DNA of 64,000 nt from Thermoplasmata archaeon (GCA_020348445.1 CP070751.1:767216-831215), one strand, 5' to 3'; shown: positions 20,850-30,293, counted from the stretch's first letter. Numbers and translations are program-made. The notes: a model not told the origin generated them from the letters alone.

Positions 20850-21098
20850 ATGGAAAATCAAATGAACAGAATTAAAGAAATATTCTGCGAAATAGTAGGA
20901 GTCGATGAATCAGAAGTTGATGATAACACATCTTATCAATCGCTTGAGCCTTGGGATTCTCTGAAACATCTGGCAATTGTATCTAGATTGGAAGAAGAAT
21001 TTGATATCGACATTGAGATGGATGATATCATTGCTATGGAGACTTTCAAAAAAATTAAGGAATTGGTGGGAAAATATCTGGATAAAGAGGGCGATTAA
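20850..21098 (+). CDS. Acyl carrier protein
   Basis: Small acidic protein with WDSL phosphopantetheine serine and LEEEFDI motif; GGCGGAG SD before ATG 20850. Confidence 0.92.
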   Translation: MENQMNRIKEIFCEIVGVDESEVDDNTSYQSLEPWDSLKHLAIVSRLEEEFDIDIEMDDIIAMETFKKIKELVGKYLDKEGD

Positions 21099-22600
21099 TG
21101 AACGTTGTGGATTACTTCTTAGAAAACAGTCAAAAACTCGATAAGATGTGTGTTGCTGGCACAAAAGAAACTATTACCTACAAAGAATTGTGGGAGAGGG
21201 TCAATTACCTTGCTTCATATATCCACGATAAATTTGGTCGCGAAAAGGAGATACTTCTTTTGTCTGATAATAACCTTTTTTTCATATTAAGTTACCTGGC
21301 CATTATGAAAAGTGGAAATATCGTTGTCTTGGTTGAGAGTAGAATAACTGAGAAGCAACTGGTAAGTATCATAAAAAGGTGTTCATTGAGTGCTATTTTC
21401 ACTCAGGAGATATACAAAAAGAAAGTGGCTGCCTACGAAAATGTATTTACAGAGACATTATTAGAATCGTTACCAGAAAAAGGCCATGATATAGAATCAG
21501 AGATTAAAGATGATGATATAGCGGTGATCATTTTTACCTCAGGAAGCACGGGAGAGAAAAAAGGAGTCATATTAACCCATAAAAACATCAGGGCCAACAC
21601 CGAATCGATAATCGAATATCAGGAACTTACTGATAAAGACAGGATCGAGGTGGCACTTCCCTTCTTCTACTGTTTCGGTGCCTCCCTTCTTCATACACAT
21701 CTTAGGGTTGGAGGCAGCATGGTTTTAAATAAAAGTATCTTTTTGGGTTCTGTTATCAAAGAAATCAATGAATACAAGTGTACTGGATTTGCAGGAGTGC
21801 CAGCCACATATCAAATCCTTATCAGCAGAGCAAATTTTTTAGAGCAGAAGTTACCAAGCATCAGATATTTTGCCCAGGCGGGAGGTAAGCTTCCCAATAA
21901 GTTCATTGCCATGATAACCGAGGCTTTTTCTGATAAATCCTTTTTCGTCATGTATGGTGCAACTGAGGCCACAGCCCGATTGTCCTACCTTGAACCGCAT
22001 CTTGTCAAGAAAAAGTTGGGTTCCATAGGCAAGGGGATACCAGGAGTAACACTAGAGGTCCTCAACGAAAATGATGTCCAAATAAAACCTGGCGAAGTGG
22101 GAGAGATAACAGCCATTGGTGAGAATATAATGAAGGGATATTATAAGGATACAGAAGAGACAAATAGGATCCTCAAAAACAGGAGATATTATACTGGGGA
22201 TTTGGCAACAGTAGATGATGATGGTTTTATTTATGTTGTAGGACGATCAAAAAATATTATCAAATCTGCTGGTTACAGAATATCCCCCAATGAGATCGAG
22301 GATGTTATTCTCGAATTAGAGGGCGTGTCCGCTTGTGTCGTATTGGGCCTGCCTGATGAAATTATGGGTGAAGCCGTGGTGGCAGTGGTGGAGACAAAAG
22401 AGCCTAATGAAAAATTTAAGGATGAGATAATATCTGAATGCAATCGTATACTACCTTCATATAAAGTTCCGAAAAATATAGTGTTTATCAAGAACATGCC
22501 CCTAAATTCATCCAGGAAAATAGATAGGTTCCAGATAAAAGAGATGATGATGTCGGTCTATAAGAATGGAGAAATTCCCCTGGAGTTGAAAGTGAAATGA
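21098..22600 (+). CDS. Adenylate-forming acyl-CoA/acyl-ACP ligase (ANL family)
   Basis: IIFTSGSTGEKKG, YGATEA, YTGD, GR.KNIIK.AGYRI and C-terminal catalytic K (SRKIDR); start overlaps the ACP stop. Confidence 0.93.
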   Translation: MNVVDYFLENSQKLDKMCVAGTKETITYKELWERVNYLASYIHDKFGREKEILLLSDNNLFFILSYLAIMKSGNIVVLVESRITEKQLVSIIKRCSLSAIFTQEIYKKKVAAYENVFTETLLESLPEKGHDIESEIKDDDIAVIIFTSGSTGEKKGVILTHKNIRANTESIIEYQELTDKDRIEVALPFFYCFGASLLHTHLRVGGSMVLNKSIFLGSVIKEINEYKCTGFAGVPATYQILISRANFLEQKLPSIRYFAQAGGKLPNKFIAMITEAFSDKSFFVMYGATEATARLSYLEPHLVKKKLGSIGKGIPGVTLEVLNENDVQIKPGEVGEITAIGENIMKGYYKDTEETNRILKNRRYYTGDLATVDDDGFIYVVGRSKNIIKSAGYRISPNEIEDVILELEGVSACVVLGLPDEIMGEAVVAVVETKEPNEKFKDEIISECNRILPSYKVPKNIVFIKNMPLNSSRKIDRFQIKEMMMSVYKNGEIPLELKVK

Positions 22601-23724
22601 CTCAAGAGGGCAACTTAGACAATAATCCCGATATATCCTTGGAAGACCTGATAAAGCTGAAGCAATATTCGCTAACTGACGATGAAAAAAACAAAATACT
22701 GTTAAAAATCATAAAGAAACAGCTAGTTCATGCAAAAAACAACAATAGACATATAAGTAATTTTTTTGAAAAACAGAATATCGATATTGGCAGTATAACC
22801 AGTATAGATGATGTGCCGCCATTACCTATCCAGATGTTTAAATATTTTGATTTGGCAACCTGCCCAAAAGATCAAATAGTCAAAATACTAAAATCCAGTG
22901 GAACAACAACAAATCTTCCAAGCAAGGTTCCCCTAAATAAAAATACCACCCTCAATCAGGTTAAAGCCCTTAACTCCATACTGTCCGATTATATTGGGAA
23001 AAAGAGGAGGATATTTCTGGTAATAGACCATGAAGGGATAAATGATCCAACTCTAGAGCTCTCTGCAAGAACAGCAGGAGTGAGGGGCTTGAGTATTTAT
23101 TCTAAAAAGATACACTATCTATTAAAAGAAGAAAACGGTAAATTGATATTGAATCTCCCCGTGATAAACGAGCTTCTAGATGGTTATGAAGATGAGGAGG
23201 TGTACGTTTTTGGTTTTACCTATATAATCTGGTCCACTTTTTATGAGCAAATAATCAAGAAGAATATCAGATTTAAGTTTAAGGATGTGAAGATATTTCA
23301 CAGCGGTGGATGGAAAAAATTGGTAGAGCAACAGGTGTCAAAGGAATTCTTTTCCAAAGAGATTGCCAAAATATTTGGTACAGATATGAAAAATGTATAC
23401 GATTTCTATGGGATGGCCGAGCAAAATGGTATCATATTTGTTGATTGTGAATATGCAAATAAACACATTCCAAATTTCTCGCAGGTAATAGTAAGAGATA
23501 TTCAAACCCTCAAACCATGTAAAATAAATGAACCCGGTATAATCGAGGTAATGAGTATTTTATCAGATAGCTACTACAGTCAAGCAATATTGACTGAAGA
23601 TATCGGATATCTTATCGGGATCGACGATTGCGCATGTGGCAGAAAGGGAAGGTATTTCAGATTTAAATCAAGGGTGGAAAGAGCTGAGATCAGGGGTTGT
23701 GGCGACACTTTCAGGGAGAAGTAA
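22597..23724 (+). CDS. LuxE-like acyl-protein synthetase
   Basis: FK, SSGTT, DFYGMAEQ, ILTEDIG and RVERAEIRGCGD (conserved C-terminal Cys). Confidence 0.9.
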   Translation: MTQEGNLDNNPDISLEDLIKLKQYSLTDDEKNKILLKIIKKQLVHAKNNNRHISNFFEKQNIDIGSITSIDDVPPLPIQMFKYFDLATCPKDQIVKILKSSGTTTNLPSKVPLNKNTTLNQVKALNSILSDYIGKKRRIFLVIDHEGINDPTLELSARTAGVRGLSIYSKKIHYLLKEENGKLILNLPVINELLDGYEDEEVYVFGFTYIIWSTFYEQIIKKNIRFKFKDVKIFHSGGWKKLVEQQVSKEFFSKEIAKIFGTDMKNVYDFYGMAEQNGIIFVDCEYANKHIPNFSQVIVRDIQTLKPCKINEPGIIEVMSILSDSYYSQAILTEDIGYLIGIDDCACGRKGRYFRFKSRVERAEIRGCGDTFREK

Positions 23725-23725
23725 T

Positions 23726-25027
23726 ATGATAAAATGCTATCTTCTAGATGGAAAATTCCAGGAAAATACATATGATGATTTTACCACGATTTCAGAGAGT
23801 GTGAATGCAAACAGAAAAAAAATATATCATCTCAAACTCGACGTAATAATAGAGCTCTTAACAAAATTAGGAAGGAAAATAATTACAGATGGAACCATCA
23901 ACACCGTGGAGGGAGTCGGCTACATTACCCTTTGGCTGAGAAAAGATAATTTAAAGAAGATATGCAGATTAAACTATTTGGACCAGACATATTATGAAGA
24001 TTTCAAAGAGACGGAAAGTAAATTTGAATTGTGTGCCCAACCAAGAGGGATTGTGTGTCACTGGGTGGCAAGTAACGTGCCCACATTATCCTTCTTCTCA
24101 TTGATACAATCTATATTATCAAAAAATGGCAGCATCGTTAAGGCTCCAGAGGAAAATATCGATATAATTTTGACCATATTAAAACACCTCAACGAGATAG
24201 AGGTCGAACATGACGGGATGACTTATTCTGGAAAAGATATTGTAAGTTCTGTTTCCATAGTATCTTTTGATGGGGGGAACTTCACTGACAGCAAAAACTT
24301 CTCCCAAGTTGCAGATTGTAAGATCATCTGGGGAGGGGCTGAGGCGATTTCGAGTGTTACGGCATTACCTCAAAAAGAGCACTGTGAAATAATATCCTTT
24401 GGACCCAAATATTCATTTGGAGTTTTTGACAGGGAATTTATCGAAAGCAATTACTTTGAAAAGGCGCTGGCAAATACTGCTACAGATATTGCTATATTTA
24501 ACCAGATGGCCTGCTCTTCTCCCCAGGTTCTGTTCTTTGAAAAAAGTAGATATTCAATCCAAGAAATTGCCCAGAAAATGAAATCCTATTTTGAAGAACT
24601 TCCAGAAAAATATCTCAAACAGTACATACCTCAGGGGACAGCCTCAAATATTATCAACATCAGAGGCATGTACCTATTGGAAGATGATAAAGGGATCCTT
24701 AAATCTGATGATCTTAGTTGGACTATTTTGATTGATAGCGAACTCAGACTCGAAGAGCCTGTTCAGGGAAAGTGTATTTTTATTAAAGAGATTGACGATA
24801 TTGATGATGTTCTGGACCTGATCACACGCAAAATCCAGGCCATGACAGTATGTATTATAAATCCCGATAAGAGAAGAGAGTTTGCTAAAAATGCCACATA
24901 TAGAGGAGTTGATAGGATAGTCGTCCCAGGTAAGATCCATGATTTTGATCTGCCGTGGGATGGGATCTTGCCATTAAACAGGTTGGTAAGATGGGTTATA
25001 TTAAAGAATGGAATAGGAAGTGAATAA
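23726..25027 (+). CDS. LuxC-like acyl-CoA/acyl-protein reductase
   Basis: PRGIVCHWVASNVP, IIWGG, FGPKYS, FNQMACSSPQ (catalytic Cys) and HDF..PWDG. ATG at 23726, 1 nt after the LuxE stop. Confidence 0.9.
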   Translation: MIKCYLLDGKFQENTYDDFTTISESVNANRKKIYHLKLDVIIELLTKLGRKIITDGTINTVEGVGYITLWLRKDNLKKICRLNYLDQTYYEDFKETESKFELCAQPRGIVCHWVASNVPTLSFFSLIQSILSKNGSIVKAPEENIDIILTILKHLNEIEVEHDGMTYSGKDIVSSVSIVSFDGGNFTDSKNFSQVADCKIIWGGAEAISSVTALPQKEHCEIISFGPKYSFGVFDREFIESNYFEKALANTATDIAIFNQMACSSPQVLFFEKSRYSIQEIAQKMKSYFEELPEKYLKQYIPQGTASNIINIRGMYLLEDDKGILKSDDLSWTILIDSELRLEEPVQGKCIFIKEIDDIDDVLDLITRKIQAMTVCIINPDKRREFAKNATYRGVDRIVVPGKIHDFDLPWDGILPLNRLVRWVILKNGIGSE

Positions 25028-25769
25028 AATGCTCAAGGACAAAGTGATACTTGTAACTGGAGGGAGCAGGGGTATAGGCAGGGCTACGGCCCTGCTTTTG
25101 GCTGAAAATGGGGCAAAAGTAATTGTAAACTACAATAAAAGCGAAAAAGATGCTGAGGAAGTTGTTACTTTAATAAACGAAAAAGAGGGTGAGGCGATAA
25201 AAATAAAGGCTGATGTCTCCAATGAAAATGAAGTCAAAGAGATGTTTTCTCAGATAAGAAACAGATTTGGTAAAATTGATATCTTGATAAACAATGCCGG
25301 GATAGTACAAAACAATCTATTGCTGATGACAAAGACCGAGGAATTCGACAGAATAGTCGATACAAACTGCAAGGGTGTTTTCCTCTGTATGCGTTTCGCT
25401 GCAAAGATGATGATGAAAAAACGATCAGGTAAGATCATAAATATTTCATCAATTGTTGGGAGATACGGAAACAGTGGGCAGGTTGTGTACTCGGGCAGCA
25501 AAGCATTTATAATTGGGCTGACAAAATCTGCAGCTAAGGAACTGGGTATGTATGGTATTACTGTTAACGCTGTTGCCCCAGGTTTAATCGAAACTGATAT
25601 GATCAAAGGTCTAAAGGAAGAGATTATACAGAATCTGTTGAATAATATACATTTGGGTCGGATGGGCACCCCCGAAGATGTGGCAAAAGTGATATTATCC
25701 CTATGCTCAGATTTAGGTGATTATGTCAGTGGTCAGGTAATTGGAGTAGACGGTTGCCAGATAATGTAA
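25020..25769 (+). CDS. fabG: FabG-like 3-oxoacyl-ACP reductase (classical SDR)
   Basis: TGGSRGIG, NNAG, YSGSK and VNAVAPG..ETDM. Confidence 0.88.
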   Translation: MNKMLKDKVILVTGGSRGIGRATALLLAENGAKVIVNYNKSEKDAEEVVTLINEKEGEAIKIKADVSNENEVKEMFSQIRNRFGKIDILINNAGIVQNNLLLMTKTEEFDRIVDTNCKGVFLCMRFAAKMMMKKRSGKIINISSIVGRYGNSGQVVYSGSKAFIIGLTKSAAKELGMYGITVNAVAPGLIETDMIKGLKEEIIQNLLNNIHLGRMGTPEDVAKVILSLCSDLGDYVSGQVIGVDGCQIM

Positions 25770-25853
25770 ATGTTTAACCTGTTGTTTAAAAAATTCATGA
25801 TTTATAGAAGCTGCGTTAAAATATAGATTTATTTCGGAACAAGGAGAAAGAAG

Positions 25854-26459
25854 ATGACAAAGTATTTCGAAGCGCCCGAATGGGATGATTTCTGGGATTC
25901 TTCCAAAAAAAAACAAAGGGGTTTTAAAAGACTAGCTGATATTTTTAGGGATCATTTCGATGAGCAATACATAAGAACCTTAGAAAAAATCTCACCTGAT
26001 CCAATTGGGAAAATTCTTGAGGTGGGTTGCGGAACAGCATATTGTTCACAAAAGTTAAGCAGTGCTGAAGTCGATAGTTATGCAATAGATTATTCAGAAA
26101 AAGCCAAAATATATTGGAGAAACAATTCTGTGCACTATTTTATCGGGGATGGCTTTTTTCTTCCGTTCAAATCGAACAGCTTTGATGTTGTTTGGAATGC
26201 TGGTGTTCTTGAGCATTTTACAAATCCCCAAGAATTGTTAAGGGAAATGATTAGGGTATGTAAACCCGGGGGTATAGTATGTGTTTTTGTACCTTATATT
26301 TTTGATTTTACGGCCCATCTAAAGCTTTATGGAGAAGAGAACATTTATACAGGCAGAAAATTGAAGCATGAGTTAAGAGAACTGCAAAAGGTAAATGTAA
26401 AAGTTCTTTATTCATGTGGTGCCATGATGATATGTGGATGGGGAGAAAAGAGAAAATGA
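25854..26459 (+). CDS. Class I SAM-dependent methyltransferase
   Basis: ILEVGCGT motif I; LPFKSNSFDVVWNAGVLEH. Confidence 0.9.
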   Translation: MTKYFEAPEWDDFWDSSKKKQRGFKRLADIFRDHFDEQYIRTLEKISPDPIGKILEVGCGTAYCSQKLSSAEVDSYAIDYSEKAKIYWRNNSVHYFIGDGFFLPFKSNSFDVVWNAGVLEHFTNPQELLREMIRVCKPGGIVCVFVPYIFDFTAHLKLYGEENIYTGRKLKHELRELQKVNVKVLYSCGAMMICGWGEKRK

Positions 26460-26490
26460 ATCCATGATGCCCGAGAGTGCCTATGCAGCC

Positions 26491-27195
26491 TTATAAATTT
26501 TCGAATCTCAATTTTAACACTGTAAGGCAGTACCTCTTTCCCCATCTAAAAAGATTGTATTCCTCAGGGGCGGTCTTTGTTTCACCTGCTGTTCTGTATT
26601 TATAAACAAAGGGTACTTCCTTGATGCGATAGCCCTTTTTCTTAGCCGCATATAAGAAACCTATACAGTAATTGCCGTAACCTCCCCACTCATCAAGGAT
26701 CTGGATGTCACGAAATATCTCCTTTCGAACGGCTAGAAAACCTCCTGTATAATCCCTTATTTCAGAACCCAAGAAAATCCTCGCAAATAGATTTATCATC
26801 TTGCTAAGAAAAACCCTTGCCTTTGAAGCTTCCATCTTGCCTCCTTCGGTGTGCCTGGACCCCAATGCAATATCCGATTCCCCAAGGGCGGATATCATAT
26901 CAGGTATCTTTTTTGGAGGATGTGAAAAATCTGTATCCATCACCACAATTACATCCCCCTTGGCTGTCTCTATTCCTCTTTTGATTGCAGAAGCCAAACC
27001 TCTTTCGTCAATTCTTCTTACTAGGATTATTCTCTCATCGTCCATTTTCTCGACGATATTCCAAGTGCCATCGGGAGAATTGTCATCCACTACAACGATT
27101 TCAACTTCATCTTGTAGACTTTTTAATACAGCGTGAATTAAACTTTCAATGTTCTCTTTTTCATTATATGTAGGCATTATAACCGATATTTTCAT
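26491..27195 (-). CDS. Polyprenol-phosphate mannose synthase-like GT2
   Basis: ISVIMPTYNEKENI, VDDNSPDGT, MDTDFSHPP and G.R motifs. ATG 27195 follows GGAG SD. Confidence 0.92.
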   Translation of the reverse strand: MKISVIMPTYNEKENIESLIHAVLKSLQDEVEIVVVDDNSPDGTWNIVEKMDDERIILVRRIDERGLASAIKRGIETAKGDVIVVMDTDFSHPPKKIPDMISALGESDIALGSRHTEGGKMEASKARVFLSKMINLFARIFLGSEIRDYTGGFLAVRKEIFRDIQILDEWGGYGNYCIGFLYAAKKKGYRIKEVPFVYKYRTAGETKTAPEEYNLFRWGKRYCLTVLKLRFENL

Positions 27196-27218
27196 GGATT
27201 CAATCTCCATCAACACCA

Positions 27219-29039
27219 TTATCTAGTCTGGTTCAATTCTGTAATTTGATAAATATCACTGAATTCATCATAATATACGGTTCGATAGTTGTACATTGCA
27301 TTAAATCTAGCAATATTCTCATGATGACTTTGCAATCTTGTATCGTGTGTCTGTGCATATTTTGGAGTTCCCACTTTGACATATGAATCCCTAAACCAAA
27401 ACTCCAGGATATAAATAGAAATCCCGTTTTCAAATGAACTGTTTATATAATCTGAAACGTTTGGGTCACGTATTACATCAATGATCTTTATCGTCTCAAT
27501 ATCAGAATAATAGCCGTAAAAGAACTTCATTGGCTCATCTGTTAGCATTATGGAGTTTTTTACATCAATATTTTTTGTTGTATCATGTATATAATCTATC
27601 CTTAGATCTTTATTAACATGGGCATCATAAAAAACAATACCATTGTTTACAAGCAAAATTACTACAATAACCCCCGTCATTGGGATGATATATCTTTTCA
27701 TTTTTTTAGGGATGTTTTGTTTTAGAAACAACAATTTTATTTCTTCTGTGTTTATTAAACTGAGACCTATGCAAATGGACAACCAAACCGGTGTTAAAAG
27801 ATAAACCCATGCATTTCTATCACCACCACCATAGAAAAATCCTTGGAGAAAAAAAGGGACCATCATGATATAAACAGAACGCACTATTTTGTTACCTCTT
27901 GCAGAGATCAATATGAACGCCATGATCAGAAATACTATTGCACCTAAAAATAATGTAGTCCCATAATAAATAGGGTCGCTTGATATGAACATAAGAAGAG
28001 TTGTGAAAACACCACCTGCCATCTCCCGGATTTGAATAATGACCGAAAAATTTTCTGGATCTGAAAGACTGAAATATTCACTATCAGGCCTGTGAACGTA
28101 TGTAAATAAACCTATAAACTCTTCTAAACTCTCTACTTTTAATATATATGCTACACTCCCAAAAACTATCACACAAATTATGATCGTACCTAATAAATAG
28201 AAGATAAATTTTATACTTTTAAGAAATTTTAGACCTTCATATCTCCAGATTATGAACAAGGAAGCGATAAACAAAAGAGCGAAAAAAATATGTGCTGCCA
28301 GGGTTAAGCCCATAAAGATACCGGTTACAAGTCCTTTTTGCCATGGTTTTAAAGCTTCAAACCATTTAATAGACTTCATTTCTCCAACGTACGCAAAGAG
28401 AAATAACAAGTATAAAGTCATCATTAAAAATCCAAGGTGCTTGTCTTCTGCCATTTCACAGTTTTCCCAAAAAGCAAAGGAGAACGCCAGTCCAAGGGAA
28501 CATATTAAAGAATACTTTCTATTCCCAACAAATTTATTGCAGATAAGAAAGAACACTGCTATTGTTAAGGAACCCAATATTGAGTTCAATATTGCAAAGC
28601 TGAGCAAATAATCCTTGCCTATCAGAGGTAACATGGGATATGTGAATACAATGGCCAGAGGTGTTGTTAAGGGATGAGCTGGACGAAAGATGTCACGATT
28701 GCTCACCTCGTTTCCTTCAAAATAATTCTTTAACATTAAACCGTACTCAACTGTATCAGATGTGAAATAGAAATCCCATACAACAAGGTTAATATAGAAT
28801 ATCAATAAAATTAAAAATAATAAAAAGGCCTGAATCCGTATATCCCGCAGCAACTTACCTATTTTTGGATATCTCCTATCTATGGGGGCCATAATCTTAT
28901 TAAAAAATCCATTTTCTTCTGATGCTCCCTTACCTTCGTCTTCAGTGGATGATTCTTCATCTTCTTTCGAGCCCATGTTTTCATTATCTGAATCCTCTTG
29001 GGATTCCAGTTCTGGTGATTCGTTGTTATCAGAACTCAC
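27219..29039 (-). CDS. Multi-pass GT-C-like (DUF2723-type) membrane glycosyltransferase
   Basis: SDTVEY...HPL luminal loop, LNSILG, FWE...E and about 11 TM helices; adjacent to the Pol-P sugar synthase. Confidence 0.65.
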   Translation of the reverse strand: MSSDNNESPELESQEDSDNENMGSKEDEESSTEDEGKGASEENGFFNKIMAPIDRRYPKIGKLLRDIRIQAFLLFLILLIFYINLVVWDFYFTSDTVEYGLMLKNYFEGNEVSNRDIFRPAHPLTTPLAIVFTYPMLPLIGKDYLLSFAILNSILGSLTIAVFFLICNKFVGNRKYSLICSLGLAFSFAFWENCEMAEDKHLGFLMMTLYLLFLFAYVGEMKSIKWFEALKPWQKGLVTGIFMGLTLAAHIFFALLFIASLFIIWRYEGLKFLKSIKFIFYLLGTIIICVIVFGSVAYILKVESLEEFIGLFTYVHRPDSEYFSLSDPENFSVIIQIREMAGGVFTTLLMFISSDPIYYGTTLFLGAIVFLIMAFILISARGNKIVRSVYIMMVPFFLQGFFYGGGDRNAWVYLLTPVWLSICIGLSLINTEEIKLLFLKQNIPKKMKRYIIPMTGVIVVILLVNNGIVFYDAHVNKDLRIDYIHDTTKNIDVKNSIMLTDEPMKFFYGYYSDIETIKIIDVIRDPNVSDYINSSFENGISIYILEFWFRDSYVKVGTPKYAQTHDTRLQSHHENIARFNAMYNYRTVYYDEFSDIYQITELNQTR

Positions 29040-29041
29040 GT

Positions 29042-29977
29042 CTAGCTTTCCCCCAATAGTCTCAATAATATTGCTTTCTGGGCATGAAGGCGGTTTTCCG
29101 CCTGATCGAACACGACAGAACGATCACCATCCATGATCTCGTCTGTAATCTCCTGCCCCCGATGGGCAGGAAGACAATGCATGATGATGCAATCTGGCTT
29201 TGCTTGCGAAACCAACTGAGAATTGACTTGATAGGGGGCGAAGATATTTAAACGCTTCTTTATCTCATCCTCATCACCCATTGATACCCATACATCCGTG
29301 TATACGATGTCAGCGTTTCTAACCGCTTCAGAGGGATTTGAGGCAATATGGAGATGGGATCCTTTTTCTAATGCTATTTTAGAAGCTTCTTCAAATATGC
29401 TCTGGTTTGGCATGTAACCAGATGGGCAACCCACATTCATGTTCATACCCACCAATGCTGAGCCTAGAAGTAGGGAATTGCATACATTATTACCGTCACC
29501 TACATAGGCGATATTCAATCCTACAAAATCCCCTTTGTGTTCTTTTATTGTGAGGAGATCAGCCAGTATTTGACACGGATGCTCCAAATCATCGAGGCCG
29601 TTTATCACTGGAACTGAGGCGTTTTTTGCGAGCTCTACCATAAATTCATGTTTAAAGGCCCTGTACATTATTATGTCAACATATCTTGAGAGGACTTTCG
29701 CGGTATCGGCGATGGTTTCCCCCCTTCCAATCTGTAAATCCTTTGGGCTCAGATAGAGTGCATGTCCTCCTAGCTGCACCATGCCAACCTCGAAGCTCAC
29801 CCTGGTGCGGGTGCTGGGTTTTTCAAATATCATCCCCAGTGTCTTATTTTTCAATGGTATGTGAGCTTCTCCTTTTTCCATTCGTAACTTTATATCTGAA
29901 GCCATCCTGAGAATCTCATCTATATCACCCTTAACATCCATTACTGAAATCAGGTCTCGTTTCATAGAAAGCACCAC
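29042..29977 (-). CDS. argF: Ornithine carbamoyltransferase
   Basis: STRT, HPCQ, DVWVSMG and HCLP motifs. Confidence 0.97.
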   Translation of the reverse strand: MVLSMKRDLISVMDVKGDIDEILRMASDIKLRMEKGEAHIPLKNKTLGMIFEKPSTRTRVSFEVGMVQLGGHALYLSPKDLQIGRGETIADTAKVLSRYVDIIMYRAFKHEFMVELAKNASVPVINGLDDLEHPCQILADLLTIKEHKGDFVGLNIAYVGDGNNVCNSLLLGSALVGMNMNVGCPSGYMPNQSIFEEASKIALEKGSHLHIASNPSEAVRNADIVYTDVWVSMGDEDEIKKRLNIFAPYQVNSQLVSQAKPDCIIMHCLPAHRGQEITDEIMDGDRSVVFDQAENRLHAQKAILLRLLGES

Positions 29978-30063
29978 AGCCTGAATATCCCTTTATATGT
30001 AAAACTTTTTGTTAGGGCAATTTCCTGATTTCCCTTCATTTTCCCTCTAAATTAATGATTATT

Positions 30064-30147
30064 GGGTGGGCGGAGGGGGTTTTAGGCGGTGAGCCTCATT
30101 ATCTCTAAGTTTTTTAGGGTGGGTGGAGGGGGTTTTGGATGGTGGGC
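30064..30147. repeat. Two 31-bp G-rich direct repeats (30064-30094, 30117-30147)
   Basis: GGGTGGGYGGAGGGGGTTTTRGRYGGTGRGC; 26 of 31 positions identical. Confidence 0.9.
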
Positions 30148-30186
30148 ATAAAAATTTATAAAAACAAATGGGGCAGGAACCGAGAT

Positions 30187-30293
30187 GTGTCCAAGCTTAA
30201 GATATAATTATATAATAAGTATAACTTGGACACAGAGCCTTTTTGCGTGTTCGAGCTTAAGACAAAATTGACTTACAATTATAACTCGAACAT
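30187..30293. repeat. Two tandem 47-bp imperfect palindromes (30187-30233, 30247-30293)
   Basis: GTGTCCAAG-CTTAAGA-N17-TATAA-CTTGGACAC and GTGTTCGAG-CTTAAGA-N17-TATAA-CTCGAACAT; 60-bp period. Confidence 0.9.

Noticed and set aside
22597-25027. Bioluminescence (lux) operon
   Set aside because: No luxA/luxB luciferase or luxD in the window; the context is glycan biosynthesis.
20250-25769. Bacterial type II fatty-acid synthase
   Set aside because: No ketosynthase, malonyl transacylase, dehydratase or enoyl reductase is present.
25905-25913. A9 tract as a phase-variation switch in the methyltransferase
   Set aside because: A8-A9 runs are common in this AT-rich region (also near 55725 and 55760), so this one is not distinctive.
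30187-30293. Canonical integron attC sites or a dif site
   Set aside because: The GTT/AAC triplets are internal rather than at the outer R boxes, there are no cassette ORFs between units, no integrase, and the spacing does not fit an 11-6-11 dif site.
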